Of a stretch of 64,000 bases of DNA, positions 53,188-62,945 are shown piece by piece. The notes beneath the pieces were generated by a model. That model was not told the DNA's origin. It saw only the letters and a list, made by a program, of their open reading frames with translations, and searched no databases. Origin of the DNA: Rhodosorus marinus CCMP1338 (Eukaryota > Plantae > Rhodophyta); assembly GCA_029953675.1 (NCBI GenBank), contig JAMWBK010000001.1:2108001-2172000 (forward strand), in the 5' to 3' direction. How positions within the stretch are numbered: position 1 is the stretch's first letter; each line of letters begins with the position of its first letter. The translations under genes and the position numbers were made by a program.

Positions 53188-55443
53188 ATGTCGAAGTTAG
53201 CCTTCGAAGGGATTCTATCTGGCCCCGTTGCTGGCTATGTCGCTGCATGTAAAGATCTGGGAGGTCTCTTGGAGAAGCAGGCCGGATTTGTCGAGCAAGC
53301 GTTCAAGGAGGAGATGGCTTTTTTGAACAAGGCTTCTGCAATGGCTAAACCCAGCGACGATGAGTTTCAGGCGATGCTCGCTGTGATTGGTGGTGAGATG
53401 GGGAAAGTTGCCTCTGTAACGTCGGAAGCAGCTCCTAGAAGTCCTCTGGAGAACCATTTGACGGCGGTGTCCGAGTCGATCGGAGCTCTGGGCTGGGTAG
53501 CCGTTGACCCGAAACCTGTTCCGTACATAGGAGATATGGAACAGGCTGGTGAGTTCTACCTTTCCAAGATCTTGATGCAGTACAAGAAGACGGAAGAATT
53601 TGGCAAGCATGAACGGTTTGCCAAGTCGCTTCGGCAGCTTTGCGCGGCATTGAAAGCGTACGTGAAGGAGTACCACACAACGAGCCTACAATGGAACGCG
53701 GTGTCACGGAAGACGGTGAGGGGACCGGCATCCACGGTTGTTGAGGAGCAACCTTCGGGAGTTGACGAACTATCGTCTTTTGAGGAGATCATATCCGGAC
53801 CTCTTGCCAGCTATGTCGCTGCGTGTAAAGATCTGGGAGATCTAGTGGAGAAACAGGCCGGATTTGTGTCGGATGTGTTCAAGGAGGAGTTGACTTTTCT
53901 GACCAAGGTCTCTGCAATGGCTAAACCTAGCGACGATGAGTTTCAGGCGATGCTCGCTGTGATTGGTGGTGAGATGGGGAAAGTTGCCTCTGTAACGTCG
54001 GAAGCAGCTCCTAGAAGTCCTCTGGAGAACCATTTGACGGCGGTGTCCGAGTCGATCGGAGCTCTGGGCTGGGTAGCCGTTGACTCGAAACCTGTTCCGT
54101 ACATAGGAGATATGGAACAGGCTGGTGAGTTCTACCTTTCCAAGATCTTGATGCAGTACAAGAAGACGGAAGAATTTGGCAAGCATGAACGGTTTGTCAA
54201 GTCGCTTCGGGAGCTTTGTGCTGCATTGAAAGCCTACGTGAAGGAGTACCACACGACCAGCTTGCAATGGAATACTGCGTCACGGAAGACGGTGAGGGGA
54301 CCGGCATCCACGGTTGTTGAGGAGCAACCTTCGGGAGTTGACGAACTATCGTCTTTTGAGGAGATCATATCCGGACCTCTTGCCAGCTATGTCGCTGCGT
54401 GTAAAGATCTGGGAGATCTAGTGGAGAAACAGGCCGGATTTGTGTCGGATGTGTTCAAGGAGGAGTTGACTTTTCTGACCAAGGTCTCTGCAATGGCTAA
54501 ACCTAGCGACGATGAGTTTCAGGCGATGCTCGCTGTGATTGGTGGTGAGATGGGGACAGTTGCCTCTGTAACGTCGGAAGCAGCTCCTAGAAGTCCTCTG
54601 GAGAACCATTTGACGGCGGTGTCCGAGTCGATCGGAGCTCTGGGCTGGGTAGGCGTTGACTCGAAACCTGTTCCGTACATAGGAGATATGGAACAGGCTG
54701 GTGAGTTCTACCTTTCCAAGATCTTGATGCAGTACAAGAAGACGGAAGAATTTGGCAAGCATGAACGGTTTGTCAAGTCGCTTCGGGAGCTTTGTGCTGC
54801 ATTGAAAGCCTACGTGAAGGAGTACCACACGACCAGCTTGCAATGGAATACTGCGTCACGGAAGACGGTGAAGGGATCAGCATCCGCTGTGGTTGAGGAG
54901 GAATCGTCCGGGACAGATCCACTTTCGTCTTTTGAAGCGGTCTTATCCGGTTCGGTCGAAGAATATAGCAAAGCGGCCAAGGAACTAGGGGGCCTTGTCG
55001 AAGAACAGTCTACCTTCTTCGTCGCCGCACTGAAAGAGGAGTTCAAGCTGTTGCAAAATGCGTCGAAGATGGCCAAGCCCGGTGCGGACGCGTTTCAGGC
55101 AATGTTAACCCCAATTGCGGAAAACATGGGGAAGGTCGGCGAGATCGCTTCTCAGGCTCCACCGCGGGACCCGTTCCAGAATCACCTCAACGCCCTGTCA
55201 GAGTCAGTAGGGGCTCTGGGTTGGGTTGCGGTGGATTCTACGCCGGTCCCCTTCATCGCGGATATGGCAGCTGCTGGTGAGTTCTACATATCCAAACTGC
55301 TGATGGAGTACAAGAAGAAGGATGACTTCGCAAAACATGAGGCGTTTAGCAAGAATTTGAAGGCTGTGTATGCAGATCTGAAGAAGTATGTGAAGAAGTA
55401 TCACACAACACAGCTTTCCTGGAACTATGCTAGTTCCTCCTAA
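53188..55443 (+). CDS. Protein of four tandem CAP N-terminal helical-folded domains (CAP_N x4), 751 aa, intronless
   Basis: Each repeat carries CAP/Srv2 HFD motifs: GP(V/L)AxY..., NHLxAxSESxGALGWV, P(V)P(Y/F)I, EFY, YVKxYHTTxLxWN. No RLE oligomerisation helix, poly-Pro, WH2 or C-terminal CARP segment. Confidence 0.93.
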   Translation: MSKLAFEGILSGPVAGYVAACKDLGGLLEKQAGFVEQAFKEEMAFLNKASAMAKPSDDEFQAMLAVIGGEMGKVASVTSEAAPRSPLENHLTAVSESIGALGWVAVDPKPVPYIGDMEQAGEFYLSKILMQYKKTEEFGKHERFAKSLRQLCAALKAYVKEYHTTSLQWNAVSRKTVRGPASTVVEEQPSGVDELSSFEEIISGPLASYVAACKDLGDLVEKQAGFVSDVFKEELTFLTKVSAMAKPSDDEFQAMLAVIGGEMGKVASVTSEAAPRSPLENHLTAVSESIGALGWVAVDSKPVPYIGDMEQAGEFYLSKILMQYKKTEEFGKHERFVKSLRELCAALKAYVKEYHTTSLQWNTASRKTVRGPASTVVEEQPSGVDELSSFEEIISGPLASYVAACKDLGDLVEKQAGFVSDVFKEELTFLTKVSAMAKPSDDEFQAMLAVIGGEMGTVASVTSEAAPRSPLENHLTAVSESIGALGWVGVDSKPVPYIGDMEQAGEFYLSKILMQYKKTEEFGKHERFVKSLRELCAALKAYVKEYHTTSLQWNTASRKTVKGSASAVVEEESSGTDPLSSFEAVLSGSVEEYSKAAKELGGLVEEQSTFFVAALKEEFKLLQNASKMAKPGADAFQAMLTPIAENMGKVGEIASQAPPRDPFQNHLNALSESVGALGWVAVDSTPVPFIADMAAAGEFYISKLLMEYKKKDDFAKHEAFSKNLKAVYADLKKYVKKYHTTQLSWNYASSS
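53197..55440 (+). repeat. 576-bp coding tandem repeat, about 4 copies
   Basis: Equivalent codons at 53197, 53773, 54349, 54925. Copies 2 and 3 are nearly identical, copy 1 is slightly more diverged, copy 4 is clearly diverged. Confidence 0.97.
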
Positions 55444-56148
55444 GCCCAGTCGGAACAACCCGCTGGCTGAGCGCGCAAGTCGTGCACATAGATTGACTTG
55501 GAGCTACCCTGTCCGTGCTTTGTCAAACTCTGCCGCAAAGCAACGGCCCAGGTTGTTGTTTTTGTTTTGTAAATACGCCAGCTGCGAATTTGCGCTGCGA
55601 GGGTTCTACGGTCAGTTGCCAAACGCTCGAGTTTGGAAACTGCAAGGAGCGACGTCCAATACCCCTTTGATTGAGAATTGAACAACTGGAATGGCTGCTC
55701 AATTTCCCAATCCCAGCCCTTCAACACGGTTGGCTTAGTAACAAATTGGGATGGGGAGCCTGGAAGAGGAAGATCCCGAAGCATGCTAGTCGCTCGTCGA
55801 GTCTGTCATGCAGCATCGCCAAGTGTGAGCCACATCCTTTGGGGGTGCCACCTCCAGCCCAGGAGCGTCGTTACTTCCTGTTCGGCATCAAGAAGTTCTC
55901 CTCTACAATGTCCTTTAGTATAATTTTTGCGAACGAACTCGCTTGCTGCGAAACTGCCCTGAGCGAGCCTGTTCTGAATTTGAGGCGGGACTGGACTGCT
56001 ACAAGGAGACCACTTATTCTCTGAGATGGACTGCTTTCTTTTCTAGCAAGCGCGATGTTCAAGGCTTCTCCTTCTGGGTATGCTCAGATGTGCTTAGGTT
56101 TCCGGTGCTCGTTTCCTAACTGCTGGACTGCCATTTTGGTAGAAACTA

Positions 56149-58393
56149 CTAGGCATCGTAAACCGGCCCGGGAATCGGTTTGATCATCGACGCCTGGGTT
56201 TCAAACTCTTTCACTATCCTTTCCACAGTATCGAGTGACTTATTCCAGAAGGCATCCTCTCCGATATCCTCGTTGAGATGTGCGAGGACGAGCTCCTCTG
56301 TGTCGAGCTTTCCCGTATCTCTTAGCAATGCTTTGTAAGCGTCAAAGAACTTGTCGCCGAGCCTCTCCCTCTGATTGTACACTCCAAGCGCAAGGAGCCA
56401 GCCAAACGTATACGGGAAGTTGTAAAAGCAAACCCCAGTGATGTAGAAATGGAGTTTAGACTGCCAGAAGAAAGGCTGAACTGTCGCGAGTGAATCCTTG
56501 TACTGATCAGTCCACGCCTGCTCCATCAAGCTGCTTAGCTCAGATGGTGTCAGCGACTGCTTCTCCCTCTGTATGTGCAGCTGCTCCTCGAACCTGAACC
56601 GTGCCGGAATATTGAGCAAAAACGCGCTCGCGTTCTCACATGCTGCCCAGAGGATGCGCAGTCTCTCCAGTTCATTGGTCGTCCTGTTCAGAAGCGCGCC
56701 GCTCACGACAGTCTCAAAGAAAATCGATGCCGTCTCGGCAACGTTCATCCCGAGATAAGTCTCTGGTACTGCAAGTTCTCTCATGGTCCAAGAATGGAAG
56801 GCGTGGCCCTACAAAGTAATCGTTGTGTGGAGACGAAAGAACCCGCATTGACAACCGAGTTGTTAGCAGAATCCAGACCGCGTGCATAGTCCTGACATCC
56901 ATGCAAATGCAAGCTAATCCTCTATTTCAAGGGTCTGTTGAATTAGGGTACTGCGTATGGGCAACTTACGAGTTCGTGGGCAAGGGTCAGGACGTGAGCA
57001 GCTCCACCATTGTAGTCACTCAAATACACCTGGGGTACCAGTTGCAAGCAGAACGTTGTGTGAGCTCCAGCTATTAGAGTGCTGGCGCAGCTGGGCATGC
57101 CGGCTAGCGGGAGTCAAACGCTTGCATGGAGAAGCTTACCCTTGGAGTTCTTGACTTTGAAAACTCGGTCTGATATGCACCGGGAACTTTCTGGCTCGCC
57201 TTTCTGGCCTCAATCCACCCATTGTCAGCCATAAGCTGAACGAAATCGCCCATTTCTTGGTCAATGCTGCCGACCGACTCTTTGATAAGTTGCACTGCCT
57301 CCTCGAACGTGTACCGCCCTTCTATTTCTTGGTTTTCGGCAATTTCAGCCGGCAGGGGAGCGAATAGATCCCACGCGTCCAGCTTCTGCTTACCCAACAA
57401 TTTTGCCTTTGTTCGGAGCACTCTCCTGGCCAGTTCAGATCTGTCCTCGACCACTCTAAGCATCGTGTCGAGTGTCTTCTTGGTCATTCTATTCTGATGC
57501 AGCGGCGTATCAAGGAAGTGTAGACCACGTCGTTTGTACATGTCCAGTCTCCATCCGACCATAGAGTTTAGAGCAGCAGCGCACGACTCTTCGTGGACGG
57601 CCCATGAGTCACGAATCCCTTCGAAAGCAGACCTTCGGACGGCCTCAGAGGGATTGTCAAGATACCCTGCAGCAGTTGCCAAACCAACTTTTTCCTTCGA
57701 TCCGTCGGCTAAAGTGATATCACACTTGATCGTGCCAGAAATTGTGGAATACATTGTTCCCCAGGAGGAGTGGCCGTTGACGCTCAAAGTTGTATACAGT
57801 TTCTCCTCCTGAAGGCTGAGCCTGGAATCCCGTAGTTTTCTCTGACGCCGGATGTGGGCGGCCTCCGCTTTGGTTTCATTGTTCGCCGACAGAAACTCAG
57901 AGACCACGTCATCGGCACAACGCATGAGGAACAAATCCTTACTGAGAGTGACTTCACCAAGCCTTGCCGCCACCTCCTGAACCTCCAGGCTCTTCTTCCT
58001 CGCATCGATATTTGACCCATCCACGCTCTTCTCACAGCTCGAGTAAACGCCAACGTTCCTCAGAAGGACCTCTGCCTCGCTCTTAAGCTTTGAGCTTAAC
58101 GTCAGAGCATCCAAGACGCCATTAACCTGACACTCATTTACGCTCAACCCCTCGCAGTTATCCAAATATCCACTTATGGCATTCTCCACGCCCCCGATCT
58201 CCTTCACGAGGTCCCGCACCCTATCCAGATCAGACTTCAGCTCAACACTCTCAAGCGATGGATACTCAGAGCTCAAAACCCATGATGGTCCGCCTTCCAC
58301 TACCCTCTCCGCAAGAACAGAACGACAAGTACCAGCAGCACATCGAGAGTTCCCAGATACACCCCGAACCGTGCTCAAAATAAACCCAATCAT
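56149..58393 (-). CDS. pepF: Oligoendopeptidase F (peptidase M3B), putative organelle-targeted
   Basis: PSWVLSSEYPS, LSVNGHSSWGTMY, NGWIEA...KVPGAYQT...RTPR|VYLSDY...TLAHEL|GHAFH (HEXXH), AETASIFFE, KLHFY...FYNFPYTFG; three exons. Start at 58393 (MIGF) or 58450. Confidence 0.92.
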
Positions 58394-59283
58394 GACAACA
58401 CTTCCACTATAGCTCCTTTTCGCCCTTCCAAAGTGGCTACTTGTGAACATACTTTGCCGACGAAAAAAAGAAAACAACAGCCTTTTCAACCTCAACCTCA
58501 ATGAGACCTACTCAAAGCCAAAATCATAACTCCCTCCCTCCCCTCTCGTTGTCAAGAGGTTTACATGCTCCGCTTTCCTATAGTGAAGATGAGAAGGGAA
58601 GCACAACAGTTTCCAATCCTTCTCTTTGGGACTCCAAATCCTCATTCGACGAAGAAGGAAAACTGAATTGAAGAGACCATGAAGACCAGTGCTCTGTTGT
58701 TTTGCCGTTGTGGTGATGCCTCCTACTCGTGAAAGGTGGACAGAGAAAGATTAGAGATTTTGTCCGGACGGTATCGGCAGTACGGCCGAATGCTAATGAT
58801 TCGCATCAGAAATTGATCCATTCGCAAAGTCGGATTGAGCACCGGCTTCAATGCTGGTCGCAAGCTAGCCAGTTTTATTATGAGTTATACGATTCCACTA
58901 TCCTATGCCAGTCGTGAACTGCATGGTATGCACAGGACAGCCTTTCGTCCTAGCCCTTGATTCTCTCCGTCGCCCGTTGTAGCTTATGCCTGCTGGGACG
59001 GCACGGTAGATCGCGCTCATTGTTTTTTTCTACAACCCACGCCATCAGGGATCATCTGTTGCCAGCTTGCGTCCCAGTCACTCCACTGCCTCATCATCGT
59101 TTTGTCCAGACCATGAGGATGTCATCGTTGAGGGCAGTCGGGTAAGGGATTTTCTTGTGCTTACTAGACAGCAAGCCGTCCTGGGAGCCGGAGCGCGTAT
59201 CTCGTTCGTTGCAACAAAACCAGGCGAAAAAAATGCGCCAGAAATCCGTCCGAGCAGCAAACTCCGAGCCATTAGAGAACGGT

Positions 59284-59630
59284 CGATGTTCCTTTCGGCC
59301 ACTGTAGATAGCCAATGTTCCTTCAGGTCAATGTAGGATATTCAATGTTGCTTTGGGCCAATTGTAGGATGGCCAATGTTGCTTTGGGCCAATTGTAGGA
59401 TAGCCAATGTTCCTTCAGGTCATTGTAGGATATTCAATGTTCCTTTGGGCCAATTGTAGGACGGCCAATCTTCCTTTGGGCCAATTGTAGGAAGGCCAAT
59501 GTTCCTTTGGGTCAATTGTAGGATGGCCAATGTTCCTTAGGCCAATTGTAGGACGACCAATGTTCCTTCGGGCCAATTTTAGTATGGCCACTGTTCCTTC
59601 GGGCCGTTGTAGGATGTCCGGTGTTTCCAT
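59284..59630. repeat. Minisatellite, about 11 units of 29-31 bp, consensus CAATGTTCCTTTGGGCCAATTGTAGGATGGC
   Basis: Units are contiguous with no spacers; an internal ~60-bp higher-order duplication (59311-59371 vs 59403-59463). Confidence 0.95.
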
Positions 59631-59853
59631 AGCCCATTGAAGACTGGTCAATGTTGATCTGAGGGACAGTATGTGATAGAGCAGCGGTTGGGACGATCAC
59701 TGGTTCACCCAGTCCGTTGCTTGTTGTTGAAACCAACTCAAGGTATCCCAGCGCCGCCTGTTGAGCTTACTTTCACCCCTTGACCATCGATTCATCAAAA
59801 ACCATCCGAGCAGCAGCTTGAAAAAATCCCGGGCTCCTGTTGCGCCTGCTCAT

Positions 59854-60699
59854 TCAATCCTCTTCCAAAGCCGTCACCAACTCATCCAGGAGCTTCGAGG
59901 AATCTTCGTCATACAAATCGGTCTGACCACTATCCTCTGCACCAATCTGGTTATCAAGTGAATCCACAAACCTCTCAAATTGTAGAGGACCGAGTTCGAC
60001 TGATCCAATTCTGGCGATAAGCACGTACTGGGAAGAATAGGCGAAAACAGTTTATACCTGTTCAGAATAGGGGTTAGGCCCTTCGGAAGGCAGAGCAAGC
60101 CATTGGTGTTCCCAACAAGCGCAATACCTGATCTCCGAAGTAGTAGCTCAAGAACACGTCAAACTGGCCTCTGATATGCACAACGCTACCTTTTTCCTGC
60201 CTGAACGAGAAGGCTGTGAAAGTGACAACAAACTGGTCAGTGCTGAAACGAGTCGTGTATCTAGCTCAACGGAAGAAGAGAGCAATGGCATTGATATCCG
60301 ACGTACTCACTCTCTCGGACGCCTGTTGAGCCGCGAGAATTTTCTGAATAAAGACTTTCGTGTTTACATCTGTGAGCTTCTCATCCCTAGTCCACAGGAA
60401 GAACAGACCCCCCGTTAGCATCCAACAGGTCCTCACCCCCATCCCCCAACACTGAAAAACAAGTTGGCTTTCAGGCCCTACTGAATAGACTGCATGGAGT
60501 CATACGCTGTCATTAAGTAAACATCCACTGTAGTAGGTTCACCACAATCCTCTTTTCGAATCTCCTCGAGAACCAGCGTTCGAAATTTCATCAACAGCCA
60601 CTCAATTTGCTTCTCCTGACTGTTCCTGAAATTGATGCACATAATCGTTCGGGGTCCAGATTGTCCACCGGAACGAGATGAGATCAAACCCATCCTCAA
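59854..60699 (-). CDS. Hypothetical spliced protein (no family recognised; 5' end unresolved)
   Basis: Consecutive short frames joinable by GT-AG introns: ...LEEIRKEDC|VLGDGGEDLLDANGGLFFLW...QQASER|EKGSVVHIRGQFDVFLSYYFGDQ|YVLIARIG...LVTALEED*. Confidence 0.45.
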
Positions 60700-61167
60700 A
60701 CAAAAGAGAGAATGAGAATCACTTTACTTCAGTTCCATTCGCTTGTCAAACCCCAAACAAAACCAGGCCTCTCTCTCTCTCGCTTTGTGAGGACCAAGCT
60801 TTCCCCTTCTTAAGGACAGTCATCGAGATCCTTTTGTGAACATGTGGGGCTCGGGCTCGTCGATAAGTCAGAGGACTTGAGAAGGGGACAAAGCTATAGA
60901 CGGCATTTGCTCTCGTGAAATTCAAGTTGAAGCATCGCATAAAGCCCGGCCATCCCCATAAGGACTCGATGGAGTGTCTTTGGGAGAAAGGAGCCTGAGC
61001 CACAACAGGTATTGAGGGGATTGAGTGGGTTCGGTTTGCTGTTGCTGGGATACAAAGGAGAGAAGATGAAGCCGAAGCGGAATTATGGGCGCAAGGACAA
61101 ATATGAACATCATTCTTGGGTTCCGGTGAGGTAGATCAATGCTGCGAACGAAGGAAATTGGAGTGCG

Positions 61168-62090
61168 TTGCGTGAGGGTTCTGTGAGAGCTTCGGGCGGG
61201 AGGAAGAGGAAGAGGAAGAGGAAGGTGACAGGCAGCGGCAGGAGAAGAAGAGGAAAAATTTCCAGTAGTGGAAGATTGACTTTTGTACGGACCTCGTCCA
61301 GAGACGTATCAGGGATCAGCACCTTTGGCAAACTGGATGAGTACAAAGCCGTGCAACCGATGAGATACGAAGACACGCAGACGCTCAAGACGTCTTTGGT
61401 TCAGTTTCCCCTCGGAATCTCATTTGCCATTACTGGTCATCGTTCACGTTCCTACGCTGCCCCTCCGGTGGACTCAGACGTCGAACCAGGGTCCACCAGA
61501 TGCGACGCTTGTTCGGACTACTTCGGCATCAAGGATGTTGTGAAAGTGCGGCTCTTCGATGAGTCGGAGGTCTGGCAGGTCTGGCCAGGAGACAAAGCTA
61601 TAGAGCTTTTCTCCCCCCGAAGGATGGGTCTTCAGATGCGATCGCGGGTTATACAACCCAAATCGAAGATGAAAGCCAGTTCGCGTCCGACAGAGTTGCT
61701 TGCAACAGGACTGAGCTTTCGCCAGATTGCTAGCGCCGCGATAGAGGGGAGATTTTCGCGTGGGGACGTATATAACACCGCGCAGAGTTATGTGCGCGAT
61801 TGTCCTCCAGATGCTGTCGGAACTGCTGGAGTCAAGCTAGGCTTTTTGTTGTGGCTTCAGATGTGTCCCGTGCTGGTTCGAGAGACATGAATTTGAGCGT
61901 CCAGATCCAGTTGGCGCCAGGCGAATCTGGGTGAGACCCTGCATGGCTTTCACGCGCTCTCTATTCCGCTCTTCGAGGGACAGAGCACTGGAGAGTCCCT
62001 GGCAACCGTCGCCGTGGCTGTGGTCGATGCACTAAGCAGCTCATGGCGACTGAAATTCATAGGATCAATGACGGACGGAGCTGCCAACGC
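61168..62090 (+). mobile_element. Decayed hAT-like DDE transposase (frameshifted, truncated)
   Basis: ELLATGLSFRQ; after a frameshift LFVVASDVS...LSVQIQL; after another, LHGFHALSIPLFEGQSTGESL...DALSSSWRLKFIGSMTDGAAN. These resemble algal/oomycete hAT transposase cores (recognised by eye). Confidence 0.72.
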
Positions 62091-62269
62091 TTCTAAGTCA
62101 CTTCAGAGTCTACACTTGTGTTCCTCGATTCAACAGGTTAGTTTCCCTTCTAGGGCCTGCACGTTCATTGTCTCCGTCAACGCGTTTCAGGGCCATGTGT
62201 TGGGATGGCAACTGCATCAGCAACTCTGACACAGTCTTCATGGTGGTAGGAGTCGCTTCGATTGTGCAC

Positions 62270-62495
62270 GTTTGCTGACACCACTCCTCGAAGTGACGCC
62301 CGTTGTTTTGGATTCTCGGCTGGGCTCGGTGTCTGTTGAACTTAGTCGTCTCTAGCGCCTTGGTGAGTATATCCGCAACTTGCTCCTGGGTCGGGATGAA
62401 TAGGTACTAGTAGCTTCCCAGGTCGTGTTGTTGTCGCGCATATTGGTACTTCAGGTCGATGTGCTTCGGTAGTGGTTTTTCCGGGTCTCTATGGT
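62270..62495 (-). mobile_element. Ty1/copia RNase H 3' end with polypurine tract and probable 3' LTR start
   Basis: PKHIDLKYQYAR...FIPTQEQVADILTKAL with an internal stop; followed by GAGGAGTGG|TGTCAG (PPT 62289-62281, TG at 62280). Confidence 0.85.
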
Positions 62496-62945
62496 TCAGA
62501 ACAATCATGGAAAATATTGCACGAGAAGCTGAGGAAATCTACAACACCATGGTTAAAAGCAACAGCTGCAGACCCGTGTGTGTTCGTTAGAGGAACACGT
62601 CTACCTACTCGTATACGTCGACGACTTCTTAATCATCGGAAGACAGCGGGTGGCAGAATCCAAGGAGCAGCTACATACTATGCATCAAGCGGGGCAGAGT
62701 ACATCGCGCTGACACACGGACTTCAGAAAGTACAGTGGGTGAAGAACCTACTAGCAGCGATTGTCGTACCGGCATTACCTACCAAGGCCTTCTCAGACAA
62801 CACTGCCTGTCTCACTTGGTATAGACCCGGAAAAAAACTACCGAAACATATCGACTGCATTATCAATACGCGCGACAATACAACGACCTGGAAATCTACG
62901 ATTTCCTATTCATCCCAACCAGAATTGATGCCAGAGCTGACCTAG
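62480..62945 (+). mobile_element. Ty1/copia RT-RNase H remnant (internally deleted, frameshifted)
   Basis: LYGSEQSW...ADPCVF; frameshifted VYLLVYVDDFLIIG (YVDD at 62614-62625); then AEYIAL...SDNTAC...PKHID and YQYARQ..LFIPT. Confidence 0.88.

Noticed and set aside
53215-55458. Repeated minus-strand ORFs (141-153 aa)
   Set aside because: Antisense to the CAP_N repeats; they recur only because the sense repeat does.
59284-59630. Possible CRISPR array (about 30-bp repeats)
   Set aside because: Units are contiguous with no unique spacers, there are no cas genes, and the context is eukaryotic; it is a minisatellite.
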